Assembly (NCBI GenBank): GCA_024277435.1
Contig: JAJRVJ010000005.1
Span: forward strand, 25,747 to 89,746
Reading direction: 5' to 3'
DNA length: 64,000 nt
DNA from: Patescibacteria group bacterium
Lineage (GTDB): Bacteria; Patescibacteriota; Patescibacteriia; UBA9570
In this document: positions 10,794-23,194 of the stretch, piece after piece
How positions within the stretch are numbered: the stretch's first letter is position 1
How the letters are laid out: every line of letters starts with the position of its first letter
Position numbers and translations under genes: made by a program
Notes under the pieces: generated by a model
Database searches by the model: none
What the model was told of the DNA's origin: nothing
Seen by the model: only the letters and a program-made list of their open reading frames with translations

Positions 10794-11612
10794 TTAATCA
10801 ATATTAGAATTTACAACATATACTACTGATGGAACTGGTACAGAAACATTGTTATACTCTACATCACTTCCTTGTATAGCTATACCCGTAGAGGTACCAC
10901 CGTCTAAATTCAAGGCCATGTCCAAATTTAGGTCAAGGCTATTAACAAGTACACTACTTAATTCACTCAATGTCAGTACTCCATATTCTGCAACTATAAA
11001 ATAGAAATATCCATCTGCATCGTTTGCAATTACAGTTCGTTGCGCTACCTTGCCAGAGCTAGTTTGTACATTAACCTCACCATCGTCAATTAATACAGGA
11101 TACGATTGAATGGAATAGTCAGCCACTCCTGTGCGAGAGTCATCACTTGTGATGATTTCCCAGTCACCACCTACACTACGAACAAATCCTGTAGAATCAC
11201 TTAGTATTGGGCCATGAGATTCATCATTAACAACCGTACGCGTTGTAAGATCGTATATTTCAGTAAAATACGATGCATTAATAACCGCTGTGGCGGATAA
11301 ATCTTCCATCCACTGATTTACTGTTTTTGGAGCAGTGGTATCTACAGCCACTTGCAATGAAACCGTATCAGGAGCAAATTTTAATACGGATATTTTTTCT
11401 TGTTTCGCATCTAAATCAACAATATATTGCCTAAAATGCATCTCAGGGTCAGTTGCATCAACCTGCGTCCAAGATTGGTAATCGGATTCATTAACAATTA
11501 TTGGATCACCACCCGTATTTAGAGCTGTGAAATCAAGGGTAATAGAATCATCAGTACAACCAGCACCTAAGACCACAATAGATAAAATACAAAAACTCAA
11601 TAGCTTGTTCAT
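10794..11612 (-). CDS. phosphodiester glycosidase family (DUF2233-like) lipoprotein
   Basis: Lipoprotein signal MNKLLSFCILSIVVLGAGC; NLDGGTS motif typical of the family. Confidence 0.5.
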   Translation of the reverse strand: MNKLLSFCILSIVVLGAGCTDDSITLDFTALNTGGDPIIVNESDYQSWTQVDATDPEMHFRQYIVDLDAKQEKISVLKFAPDTVSLQVAVDTTAPKTVNQWMEDLSATAVINASYFTEIYDLTTRTVVNDESHGPILSDSTGFVRSVGGDWEIITSDDSRTGVADYSIQSYPVLIDDGEVNVQTSSGKVAQRTVIANDADGYFYFIVAEYGVLTLSELSSVLVNSLDLNLDMALNLDGGTSTGIAIQGSDVEYNNVSVPVPSVVYVVNSNID

Positions 11613-11625
11613 ACAGCCTACAATA

Positions 11626-12321
11626 TCACGAAAACTGACGAGATACAAACTGAATGAGATCTCCATTTCTTTGCAGCCATGCTTGCGAAGCTTTACGGCT
11701 TGAACTGTAGGTATCAACTAATTTCCAAAATTCCTTCGAGTGATTCAATTCGGAGATATGCACCAATTCATGAATAGCAACATACCCCTGAACATACGTA
11801 GGAGCGCACAAAAGCTTCCAATTCATACTAATAGAGCCCTTATTAGAACAGCTTCCCCACCGACTACTCTGACCGCGAATACTTAAGCGTTGATACGCAA
11901 TGCCAGACAATTGAGAATATTCATCTAGTATAGATGTAAATTGCTTACGCGCCTTTCGTTTGACCCATTGAGCATACATGCGTTTAATTTCGCTAATTGC
12001 ACTATCTCGATTACTTAATTGAATTACACCTCCTTGCATTATTACCCTTCTTGGGCCAGATATAATCTCTATAGATCTGGGCTCACCATTCCATAACGTT
12101 GTGCCACCATCCTGGAATTGATAACGCGCAAATCGCTTCTGGTCATATTCAATTGCGTTTAACTGCTCCTCTATCCATGGCCTATGCCTTCGTAATATTC
12201 TCTGTACATACGCATCCGATAGCTTTTTTGGCATTACAACGCGCAAACCATCGATAGGTGAAACCGTAAACGATAATCGCTTAGCTCGTGGATTAACAAC
12301 CGTAGTATATTCAAGATTCAT
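11626..12321 (-). CDS. YgjP-like zinc metallopeptidase (DUF45 / M48 family)
   Basis: HELVHISELNHSKEFW motif. Confidence 0.7.
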   Translation of the reverse strand: MNLEYTTVVNPRAKRLSFTVSPIDGLRVVMPKKLSDAYVQRILRRHRPWIEEQLNAIEYDQKRFARYQFQDGGTTLWNGEPRSIEIISGPRRVIMQGGVIQLSNRDSAISEIKRMYAQWVKRKARKQFTSILDEYSQLSGIAYQRLSIRGQSSRWGSCSNKGSISMNWKLLCAPTYVQGYVAIHELVHISELNHSKEFWKLVDTYSSSRKASQAWLQRNGDLIQFVSRQFS

Positions 12322-12363
12322 TTGGTGTAAATACGTACCAATTTTTGTGTAATAGTAACTCTG

Positions 12364-13819
<1,456 letters not shown>

Positions 13820-13824
13820 TTACT

Positions 13825-15930
13825 CTAGTTAGCGTTTTTCTTCACAACAACACCATCGTCTGTTGTGCCTGGATCATTAGTAAGATTTGAAGTTACCTGA
13901 CCAGTTTGCGCCTGCACAGTTTCTTCGCTCGAGGTATCGACTGCAGTAAGAATAGATTCACTTAGGAGTACAAGTAATTTACCTTTATCTTCCTTCGTAG
14001 GCGTTACAGAAACTTCAAAATCAGCAAACTTGCTATCGCCATCTTTCACCGATCGTAAATTCAACGCAACTGTATTATTCGAGGAAGAATAACTAACCCT
14101 ATCATCACTAGAGCCTTCATACGTAACATTATCCAGTAATGTAGTTTGTACTTGCAAGTCCTCCATATTTCCACCGCTTGACGCAACTGTCCAACGAATA
14201 ACATATGTTGTAGTACTACCTACTTTTGGCGGTAACGGCCCATCACCTAGCTTTGTAAGATCGTCATCATAATATCGCGCTTCACTCTCAAGACTTACAT
14301 TACCCTGTAGTTGAGTTTCTGCTTCTACGGAAGTATCAAACTCAATAGACGATCCACCCACCTCAGCAGATGCCACGCTAAATGTAGAGGTAATTTTAGA
14401 AACATCATTTGGTAATACGTCCTTCACGGTGGTAATATATTCAATATCAATAGATTCACCGGCTTCTAGAATTTCAATTGTATCCAACTCAACCTCGCTA
14501 GTATCAACAGCTTTGCCAGAAAACTGTAACTGCAACTGAATTTGTTCAATATCAACTTCAGATGAATTCTCAATACTTAATGTAAGTGGCAACACATCAC
14601 CAGCGCTAGCAAATTGTGGAGCCTCTATAGTAAGTTGCAATTCTGGATTCACAATAAGAATGTCATCACTAGCTTCGGCTTGGATGTTAAAAAATCCATC
14701 CGGTTCTTGAATACCAACCTGTGTAATCATTGTTAACGTTGTTCCTCCATCAGCTGTTACCTCACCCTTTATCTTTACCTTCTCACTAGCTCCAGGAGCT
14801 ATTTCATCAAACAGCCAAGTATGATCACTTTTATCTGCTGTTGGATCAGCTGAGGTTGCGTTAAATCCATCTGGATAATCAATAAATGCCTTAACATTCA
14901 CTAGTGATAACTCTTAATTATTTGTAAATGAATAGATATACTGAATCTCTTCACCGGAACGAGCTTGTTCTATAACATTAGTATCAACCTCAATAATAGA
15001 CTCATCTAACACCACGCTAGTATGAGCTGATTCCTGAAAATCAGAACTAAAATTCTCTGGAGTATACGTAAGTAATGCTGTAATCTCCTTCTGGTCATTA
15101 GTCTGCCCTACTAACTGCCCTATAATAACAATAGTTCCTGACGTACCTGGTTGAACACCTGCTATATCCCACTTATTAGTGGTAGCATCTCGTGGTTGCG
15201 GATCGGATGATCGAAAATAAAAACCTTGTGTAAATACCAACTCAAGTGCACCAGAATCAATTGTAGATTGTGTATTATTAGTATATGTAACCGTGAGCTC
15301 TAATTGATCACCAGATGCAAGCCGTTCAACTGTTTCAAGCTCAAGAGTAACTTCTCCGCTCCCAACCTCTGCTCGATTAGGACCAAATACTAAATACCCA
15401 AGCGCAGCAGCTACAAAAGATAACACAACAATAATAACAGTAAATGACGTTAAAATTGTACGAGTATTATTTTTTCGTTCCAAGGTTGTCATATCAACTG
15501 TTTCATCACCCTCTTCATTCTTATAGAGGTCAAAAAAATCATCCTGGATATCTTCGGTGGATTCTTCTTCATCACCCTCATCCTGGTCTTCATCCTCCTC
15601 GGTATCTTCTTCGTCCTCAATTACATCATCTTCATCGGCGCCTTCTGGTTCAGAATCCTCATCAAATTCATCAGTAGTCATTTCTTGATCAAGTCCCTCA
15701 TCTTGTCCCAAAATCTCCTCACTAACCAATTTTTCTTCTGTAACTTCTTCCTCTACTTTAACTGGTTGTTTTGGTTTACGAGTAGATTTCTTTTTAGGCT
15801 TTGCTTTTGTAGCTTTTCTAGTTGTTTTCTTTGTAACTTTACTGGCAGATTTCCTACTAGGTTTTCCGTTAGATACGGATCCTCCTTTGGCGGACTTTCC
15901 AGAATTTTTAGTTGTAGTCTTATTTGGCAT
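13825..15930 (-). CDS. DUF11-repeat cell-surface protein, membrane-anchored, with a Lys-rich then acidic N-terminal tail. One frame, interrupted by a single in-frame TAA at 14914-14916 (ORFs 14914..15930 and 13825..14901).
   Basis: The two ORFs are in the same frame, separated by TAA plus 4 codons (...YSFTNN*ELSLVNVKAFIDYPDGF). The DUF11-like repeat pattern (TNN...NV.V.D.P.G) runs through the stop. The downstream part has no start context or signal peptide of its own. Confidence 0.5.
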
Positions 15931-15937
15931 ACGCCAA

Positions 15938-16567
15938 TTATACTAAAAATTTAGCTGTCTGTATATGCCTAGATAGCTGTTGATAGTACCAGTTGTTAAT
16001 AGCTTCCTGTAACTGCCTCCATTGTTGTAAGGATAACCGCAATTTCTGCACTTCATCAAATGATTCTTGCTCTAACCAACGCGCGATCTTACTTATATCT
16101 GTCTTAATAATCTCTTCCGCTAAATCATACCCTAACAATCGCACTAACTTTATAGCAAAGCTTGATAATGCCATCCGCTGTGCTCCGTGATGATCAATCC
16201 ACGTAAGTGCTGTATATAGTAATGTGTAGAGCGCTTGATCTTTCGACCCCTCTTCTGTGAGTTGCGTAACAAGCTCGGCGCAATACCAAGCACCATTCTG
16301 AGCCTCCAACTCTGTATGCATGCGCTCGAAGCGTTGCGTAACAACTGCTCCACCAATTTTATTCATTTGTTTACCTTGAATTAGGTACATATCAATCTCC
16401 GCAAATGGCTCTAATGATCCAGCTAACTTTGATTTAATTTTTTGCGTTCCATGAGCACGTAAACGCTGCTTCCCATAACCCTCTGTATACACAGTGTATA
16501 GCCGATCAGCCTCTTTCCATGGAATGTATCCAAGTACGATAGCTTTCGTATTTGTTGTATTTGCCAT
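15938..16567 (-). CDS. recO: DNA repair protein RecO
   Basis: 209 aa; N-terminal OB-fold region AIVLGYIPWKEADRLYTVYTEGYGKQRL. Confidence 0.7.
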   Translation of the reverse strand: MANTTNTKAIVLGYIPWKEADRLYTVYTEGYGKQRLRAHGTQKIKSKLAGSLEPFAEIDMYLIQGKQMNKIGGAVVTQRFERMHTELEAQNGAWYCAELVTQLTEEGSKDQALYTLLYTALTWIDHHGAQRMALSSFAIKLVRLLGYDLAEEIIKTDISKIARWLEQESFDEVQKLRLSLQQWRQLQEAINNWYYQQLSRHIQTAKFLV

Positions 16568-16582
16568 GCAATATTGCTTTGT

Positions 16583-19399
16583 TTATGTGAATGCAATGAG
16601 AACAACTATACCATTCACTTTTAATTCTAACTCTCCAGTACCTTCGGTAATCGAATCTGCTCGCACAGCACCTTGTAATTCTTCAGCGAAATCATTCATC
16701 ACTTGCTTTACTAATGCATCGTCAGTTTGATATACAAGCCCTGTACGATCATTAATAGTTAAGCCCTGCTTTTTACGTTGTGCATTAATACCACGCACTA
16801 ATTCTCTATACATTCCTTCAGCTGCTAATTCAGGTGTTAATTCTGTATCTAGCCCTAACTCAGAACCCTCTTGCAACGCCTTCACATTTACTTCCGTCAT
16901 TAATACTTCATACAACTCCTCTGGTAATGTACTTAGTTGAGGAACGGTTGCCATCGCTAATGGCTGACGCACTTTTATGCCAGCCTCTTCTCGTGAAGCA
17001 AGTAATTTTTCTACCATACTACGTAAGGTATCCATATGCGTTAATAGATCTACATTTACGTATGCATCATTTACTTCCGGCCACATATCTAAATGCACTG
17101 AATCTTCAGGGCCATTCATATCTAGGTAAATGCGCTCTGTAACAAATGGAGTAAATGGGGCCAACATCTTCACTGTAGTAAGTAACACGTAACGCAATGT
17201 ACTAAGAGCAGCTAACTTTTCTTCAGTACTACCCTTAAAACGCGCTCGACTACGACGGAGGTACCATGTAGATACTTGATGCACTAGCTCCTCTAATTTT
17301 CGTGAGGCAGTTTGTAATTCGTAGGCTTCCATAGCTTCTGTAACATCTTTAACTATTTCTGAAGTATAGGCCAATACCCACTTATCCATAACATCATCCG
17401 ATTGTGGAATTTCTGGCACAGTTTCACCATCAGCAAACATTGCATAGAATGTATGCACGTTCCATAGCGTAAGAATTAATTTTTTCATCACCTGATCAAC
17501 GCCTTTTTCAGAAAAACGTAAATCTTCTGAGCGCACAACAGATGAACTCATCAAATACATACGCAGTGCATCTGCGCCATACTGCTCCATTACCTTGCCT
17601 GGTTCTGGATAATTCTTCAAACGCTTACTCATCTTCTTGCCATCCTCGGCTAATACCATGCCGTTCACAATCACATTCTCAAAAGCTGGTTTATCAAACA
17701 ATGCCGTACTTAATACGGTAAGCGTATAAAACCAACCACGCGTTTGATCTACGCCTTCCGCAATAAATTGAGCAGGGAAACCCGCCTCAAATTTTTCTTT
17801 ATTCTCAAATGGATAATGTTCCTGCGCGTATGGCATGGAACCGGATTCAAACCAACAATCTAATACCTGTGGTACACGCGTATATTTCTTACCATCTTTT
17901 TCTATTACCACCTTATCTACAAATTGTTTATGGAGATCATCCAATGCTTCACCTGTAAGATCTTCCAATTCTTGCGCGCTACCAACCACAATCGCATCAC
18001 CATCTTCCGCTAACCATACTGGCAATGGTGCGCCCCAATAGCGATCTCGAGATATTGCCCAGTCCTTAGCGCCTTCTAACCACTTACCAAAGCGACCATC
18101 CTTAATATGTTCAGGTAACCAATTCACTGTAGCATTATGTTTAATCATACGATCTTTCAGCTCTGTAACACGTACAAACCAAGAAGAGGTGGCGTAATTT
18201 AATAACGGCGTATCACAGCGCCAGCAATGTGGGTAGCTATGAAGATATTGCTCCTGGCGCCATACCAAATTCTTTGCCTCCATATCATCAACTAATTTCT
18301 GTTCTACATCTTTCACGTACTCATTAGCATACTCTGGCACCATCCCATTATAATGACCATTCATATCTACATCTATCAATACTGGCAAGTCATTCTTTTC
18401 AGCAGCCGTCATATCAATTTCACCATACGCTCCATTAATAGTTACAATACCAGTACCGTCGGTAACTTCAACATAATCACCTGCATATACCTTGTATGCA
18501 TTCGCGTTAGCTTGTACTTCAGGAAGATCTTTATACGATTGAATAATCGGCTCATAGTGCATTCCTACTAAATCACTACCCTTCATTTCTTCAACAACAA
18601 CGTAATCTGTAATATTATCTACTACGAACTCTAAACGAGCCTTCGCGCATACAACATATTCATCACCAATTTTTACTTTTACATACGTATGCTCGGGACT
18701 AATCGATAAACCAGTTGTACCCGGCGTACTCCATGGTGTAGTTGTCCAGGCTAATAAATATGTATCATCCTGATCTACAACTTTAAATTTCCAAACCACC
18801 GACAAATCTGCCACATCTTTATACCCCAGTGTTACTTCAAAATTGGATAATGTTGTTTCACAACGTGGACACACATGCATTGCCTTACGACCAAGATAAA
18901 TTAAATTATCATCATATAATTTCTTAAATGCCCACCATATTGATTCCGTATAACTAGAATCCATTGTCTTGTAGTCATTTTCCATGTCTACCCAGCGACC
19001 TAAGCGCTCGATGGTTACCTTCCATTCATCGGCATACTTAAGAACGCTTGCCTTGCAAGCCTCATTAAATTTATCTACACCAAGCTTTTCAATATCTTTC
19101 TTACTTTCTAAGCCTAATTCTTTTTCAATTAAATTTTCTAGCGGCAAACCATGACAATCCCATCCCCAACGCCGTTCTACACGAAAACCACGCATCGTAG
19201 CGTAACGCGGAATTACATCCTTCATTGTAGAAGCAATAATATGACCATAATGTGGTAAGCCGGTAGCAAATGGTGGTCCATCATAAAATACGAACCGATT
19301 ATCCTCCGGTCGCTCATTCACAGAACGTTCAAAAATTTTCTCTTTCTTCCAATGCTCTACGAGTTGTTGCTCCATTTCTGGAAAGTTCATTCGGGCCAT
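16583..19399 (-). CDS. ileS: isoleucine--tRNA ligase
   Basis: HIGH motif PHYGH and KMSKR motif KKMSKRLKNYPEP; CP1 editing domain. Start taken at MARMNFPEMEQ (ATG 19397-19399). Confidence 0.9.
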   Translation of the reverse strand: MARMNFPEMEQQLVEHWKKEKIFERSVNERPEDNRFVFYDGPPFATGLPHYGHIIASTMKDVIPRYATMRGFRVERRWGWDCHGLPLENLIEKELGLESKKDIEKLGVDKFNEACKASVLKYADEWKVTIERLGRWVDMENDYKTMDSSYTESIWWAFKKLYDDNLIYLGRKAMHVCPRCETTLSNFEVTLGYKDVADLSVVWKFKVVDQDDTYLLAWTTTPWSTPGTTGLSISPEHTYVKVKIGDEYVVCAKARLEFVVDNITDYVVVEEMKGSDLVGMHYEPIIQSYKDLPEVQANANAYKVYAGDYVEVTDGTGIVTINGAYGEIDMTAAEKNDLPVLIDVDMNGHYNGMVPEYANEYVKDVEQKLVDDMEAKNLVWRQEQYLHSYPHCWRCDTPLLNYATSSWFVRVTELKDRMIKHNATVNWLPEHIKDGRFGKWLEGAKDWAISRDRYWGAPLPVWLAEDGDAIVVGSAQELEDLTGEALDDLHKQFVDKVVIEKDGKKYTRVPQVLDCWFESGSMPYAQEHYPFENKEKFEAGFPAQFIAEGVDQTRGWFYTLTVLSTALFDKPAFENVIVNGMVLAEDGKKMSKRLKNYPEPGKVMEQYGADALRMYLMSSSVVRSEDLRFSEKGVDQVMKKLILTLWNVHTFYAMFADGETVPEIPQSDDVMDKWVLAYTSEIVKDVTEAMEAYELQTASRKLEELVHQVSTWYLRRSRARFKGSTEEKLAALSTLRYVLLTTVKMLAPFTPFVTERIYLDMNGPEDSVHLDMWPEVNDAYVNVDLLTHMDTLRSMVEKLLASREEAGIKVRQPLAMATVPQLSTLPEELYEVLMTEVNVKALQEGSELGLDTELTPELAAEGMYRELVRGINAQRKKQGLTINDRTGLVYQTDDALVKQVMNDFAEELQGAVRADSITEGTGELELKVNGIVVLIAFT

Positions 19400-19631
19400 A
19401 AATAATGTAAGAATAATAAATAAAAAAGTGACACTTGCTGAGGGCCCCATACTACTGGGCGGTACCACCTCAATTTATCACTTCATTGTGAGACTGGTTA
19501 CGGATCTCTGCCGACCTGATCTACTTATCGTATATGATGTTCTGCAGGCTACGTTCCATATATGGATTCCCCCAGTGATAACCAGGGTCTAACGCATGTG
19601 TATATTGTACAGACAAAATATCACTAATTCT
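19400..19631 (-). promoter_or_regulatory. candidate T-box riboswitch leader of ileS
   Basis: The minus-strand RNA contains AAUUGAGGUGGUACCGCCC (plus 19457-19475), which matches the T-box consensus AAUUAGGGUGGUACCGCG at 15 of 18 positions. The UGGU bulge would pair with the ACCA tail of tRNA-Ile. Several AUC(A) triplets lie upstream. I could not fold a clear terminator. Confidence 0.4.
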
Positions 19632-19925
19632 TCACTCTGTAAAGGCTAGGCGCTCTAATACTGCCGTATTCACAGATTCTGTAATAAGAATATTTTTCTC
19701 TGGTATGGTATCACCAAATGTAATAGCAATATGTTGCTTAGCTACATCTAACTGCCTTGCTAAAAAACTTACCAATTCTTTATTAGCCTTACCTTTCTCG
19801 GGTGGAGCTGCTATACGAATCTTTAAGCGATTACCAAGTAAGCCCATCACCTGTGTGGTGTGGGCCCCTGGAACTACTTTGATAAATAGTTGAGTAGTTG
19901 TTTCGTTATTACGATACCAACTCAT
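19632..19925 (-). CDS. YggU/DUF167 family protein
   Basis: 97 aa; GKANKELVSFLA motif. Its start abuts the stop of the upstream 1017-aa ORF. Confidence 0.7.
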   Translation of the reverse strand: MSWYRNNETTTQLFIKVVPGAHTTQVMGLLGNRLKIRIAAPPEKGKANKELVSFLARQLDVAKQHIAITFGDTIPEKNILITESVNTAVLERLAFTE

Positions 19926-22900
19926 TTATGCTTCCATACGATCTTCAAGAGCGCTACGCATAGCTCCATAATCGTAAGATTTAAACTGTGCACCTCGTGT
20001 TTTTGTAAGGCGCATTGACGCAAGCATAGTTTTTCCGCCTCCCTGCATCTTTGCAGTTATTTGCGCAAGATCTGCAAAACGCGCTAACGTAGCTTCAAGG
20101 TCAAAGTCTGGCTCAACTACTTTCTCAGAATCAAGTAGTGATGCAATAAGCGCTTCAACATCATTCGCATCTAATCCCAAGCCAAATACATCACCAAATT
20201 CTGTCTTGTATGAACCTGGACGCATTAACCTTTCTACCAGAGCTTTATTTGAAGCAACAGCTTGATATAGGCCATACTCGTTAAAACGGAATGCATCGCG
20301 CGCGCGCAATGTACTTGGTGGCAACATGTTCTTAACAGCCTCCTGTACTCGTGCTTCATTTAATTTCCAAGCACCATCCGCATCACCTTCGCCGTCTTGA
20401 TATTCATAAAATCCAACTTGGGTTTGCCATGCCCCCGCACCAGCTTCTCTAGACTGTCGAAACACAGCTTCTATCCTCTCACAATAGCCACCAACTTGCG
20501 CAAGTGCCTCAACTGTTTTCTCTGCTTCACCGCCAGTAGTATTACTAATTACATCTAATACAATCTTCGAAAGATCTGGATACTCCAATAGAGATTCAAC
20601 ATATCTAGTAAGCGTATCAACTTTACCTTGTAAATCCAGAGCCTGTTCTGGCGCCGCCGCATCAACTTCTGCAACATCAATATTAGCCTCGGCAAATTGT
20701 TCGCCAGCCTGTTGTTCATCCGCCCCAACTGGAGGCTTAGCATTAGGATTAAAAATTTCAACACCTTTTATCCCAGCTTGTAAATTACGAATAACAACAG
20801 CCACTTGTTCTGTATTAATTTCTTCTTTCGTACCAGCGCCAATTGCTGACAAGAAAATATTATCTAACCTTTCATTCAAGTCTTTCCGATCCTCCGGTGC
20901 AACTGCAGATACCGCCTCACTTCTGCGTCGTAATCTACCACCACTCTTACCAAGTGCATTGCGCCAATCAGTATTACCACCACGACGTGATTCCATTTTT
21001 CTACGCTTTGCTTCTAACGCACTCAAGAGCTCATTGGCCATTTCCGCTCGTTGCGCAGCTGGAACACTAACAGTAGCCTCACGAAACGCCGACACAAATT
21101 CAGCTCCTACCATGCGCCGTGTAAATTTAACTGCTTCCCGGAAATTACCGATAAATGGAGCGTCAACAATAGCCTGCTCAGCGAACGATCGTAATGCAGC
21201 GGCATCCGGCTGTTTATTTTTTACATATCCAAAATGCGTGGCCAGCCTAATCATACGGGCCTTAAATAATCCAGCTCGGCGCTGCGCAAAAACAGCCATT
21301 TTCTTTGAATAGGGTTTTATTTTTTTCTCATCATCAGTCATTTCAAATTCTGGCCCTAACGGCTCGGCCTCTTCTGCACGATCCAATAACCCTAATAAGG
21401 TATTTTCAATATCACTCAATGAAGCACCGCCACGAGCATTCATAGCAACCACTACCTGATTAGGAACAATTTGATATAGTTCCTGCTGAGTTTTAAATAA
21501 TAATCGATCAATCTGGTTCAATTCAACATTCACACCGTCTTCTTCAATTTTTCGATGAGCTCGCATTCTATCTAAGCGATCCAATTTACGCACATATCCT
21601 GCCGGCTGTCTTCGCAACACAATACCCTCGGTACCTGCAACTGCTGCAACCGCTTCTACTCCCTCAGCAGCTTCCACTGCTTCAATCGCCTTACTACCTT
21701 TTACTAGCTCAACTTCACGCTCATGTGTAAATTCAATCGTTCTACCATTTTTATATTTTGGTGGCTCTCCTACACTGGGCATGTCGGCCCATTCCATTAA
21801 CATATCTTTAATTTGAAAAATATCCATATCAGCAAGTGGTTCTACAGATCTACCTATACCGACTGCTTTATGGGCTTCTTCAAGAAATGTATCAAAGTTT
21901 GGAATACGTCTACGCGCAGCATCAATATCCCGTTCTGTATCAAGATTCAAGCGCTCGGTACCACCAGCAGCATTTGTTACCTTAAGTTCAACGCTACCAA
22001 TAACTGCTCGTTCAGCAACTGCCACTTTTCGCAACACACGTTCGCGATGCTTTTGTTCTCTACTCGGACCATTACGATCGTAAGCTGATACGCGCTCATC
22101 AGTAACACTTTCCCGCATCACTTTCAAATCCTCAATCATCTGATCAATCTCACTTTGTAATTCAGGCACCGGATTACCTTCCGGAGTTAATACCTTCGCA
22201 ACTGCAGATGTTACATCAACTGTTGGAAAGCGCTTATCAGCCTTATTCCAGGTTCCCATTTTTTCAATCCTACTCCTATCATCCATTACATCCTCCAACC
22301 GTGAGCTACGCGCGCGCACCCACTCAGCCACTCCATTATATGCATCCAACTGGGTATTGCGCAGTGTTCCTTCAGCTAATCGAATCATATCCTCAATTGT
22401 GCGCGCACTTTTAACTCTACCACGTTCTTTTTTAACCGAAACAAATGTATCGCTTCCAGTAAGCCACTGCTTACCTGGTTCAGCAGCCATCGCAGCCAAC
22501 TGTTCGCGAGCGGCTGCCACAGCAGCATATCCACGATCTACAAATTGCCCTAAAAGTACTTTAGCAACACCTCTGGCAGCCTCATGTGTTTCAACGCCTT
22601 GCCTACCTTCAGTAAAATATTCCTCTCGCAACAATGCAACCTGTGCTGGTAGTGTACGCTCCTCATATTCACGCTCGTCACCTTCAAGAGCATCTCCAAG
22701 AACATCTACTAATCCTGGACGCAATTTTTTATCATATACTCTTGCAGCACCTCTATTTACCTTTGCTTCACGCTTTGGCTGCTCTCGCTTCCGTTTACGA
22801 GGAGCTCTTTCGGAACGCGGGCTTTGCGCTGTAGCGGCATCTGTTGTAGGTGCAGCATCAGAGCCAAGATCAGCAGCAAAGGCTGCAAGCATATCTGGAT

Positions 22901-22979
22901 CAACGGGTTCTCCAGCCTGCCCTGGTTGCACTACTGGATCTGGATTGGGTTTTCGAGCTCCTGGTTTTGATTCTGGCAT
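19926..22979 (-). CDS. large hypothetical protein (1017 aa), Ala/Arg/Glu-rich, no recognised domain
   Basis: Long uninterrupted ORF; the DNA is GC-richer than its flanks. Composition: Pro/Gly-rich N-terminus, then long helical-looking Ala/Arg/Glu-rich segments. Confidence 0.6.
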   Translation of the reverse strand: MPESKPGARKPNPDPVVQPGQAGEPVDPDMLAAFAADLGSDAAPTTDAATAQSPRSERAPRKRKREQPKREAKVNRGAARVYDKKLRPGLVDVLGDALEGDEREYEERTLPAQVALLREEYFTEGRQGVETHEAARGVAKVLLGQFVDRGYAAVAAAREQLAAMAAEPGKQWLTGSDTFVSVKKERGRVKSARTIEDMIRLAEGTLRNTQLDAYNGVAEWVRARSSRLEDVMDDRSRIEKMGTWNKADKRFPTVDVTSAVAKVLTPEGNPVPELQSEIDQMIEDLKVMRESVTDERVSAYDRNGPSREQKHRERVLRKVAVAERAVIGSVELKVTNAAGGTERLNLDTERDIDAARRRIPNFDTFLEEAHKAVGIGRSVEPLADMDIFQIKDMLMEWADMPSVGEPPKYKNGRTIEFTHEREVELVKGSKAIEAVEAAEGVEAVAAVAGTEGIVLRRQPAGYVRKLDRLDRMRAHRKIEEDGVNVELNQIDRLLFKTQQELYQIVPNQVVVAMNARGGASLSDIENTLLGLLDRAEEAEPLGPEFEMTDDEKKIKPYSKKMAVFAQRRAGLFKARMIRLATHFGYVKNKQPDAAALRSFAEQAIVDAPFIGNFREAVKFTRRMVGAEFVSAFREATVSVPAAQRAEMANELLSALEAKRRKMESRRGGNTDWRNALGKSGGRLRRRSEAVSAVAPEDRKDLNERLDNIFLSAIGAGTKEEINTEQVAVVIRNLQAGIKGVEIFNPNAKPPVGADEQQAGEQFAEANIDVAEVDAAAPEQALDLQGKVDTLTRYVESLLEYPDLSKIVLDVISNTTGGEAEKTVEALAQVGGYCERIEAVFRQSREAGAGAWQTQVGFYEYQDGEGDADGAWKLNEARVQEAVKNMLPPSTLRARDAFRFNEYGLYQAVASNKALVERLMRPGSYKTEFGDVFGLGLDANDVEALIASLLDSEKVVEPDFDLEATLARFADLAQITAKMQGGGKTMLASMRLTKTRGAQFKSYDYGAMRSALEDRMEA

Positions 22980-23014
22980 AAGCGCAAATTGATATTAAAA
23001 ATTACCTAGTATGA

Positions 23015-23143
23015 TAGCAGAAAATTACTGCTCTGTCAAGTCGAAATCGGCAGGATTCCATGCTTCTCGCAAAGCCGCCTCTTCTTCTTTTGATACAGCA
23101 TTAGGCTGCTTTTGCTCGTCTTCGTCTGTATATAATGTATGTG
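23015..23143 (-). CDS. possible small acidic protein (42 aa) between the two giant ORFs
   Basis: ATG 23141-23143 to TAA 23015-23017: MNQSHTLYTDEDEQKQPNAVSKEEEAALREAWNPADFDLTEQ. Its C-terminal AWNPADF resembles the AWDPDDF C-terminus of the 1729-aa protein. Confidence 0.25.
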
Positions 23144-23194
23144 ATTGATTCATAGTATTTTTTATATGTACCATTGTACTTATACGCTTTTTTA

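Noticed and set aside
13825-15930. Possibility that the in-frame TAA reflects an alternative genetic code (stop-codon reassignment, as in some CPR lineages)
   Set aside because: TAA, TAG (rplT, rsmG) and TGA (zwf) all terminate well-conserved proteins at the expected C-termini, and the recoding lineages reassign UGA, not UAA. The standard code is most parsimonious.
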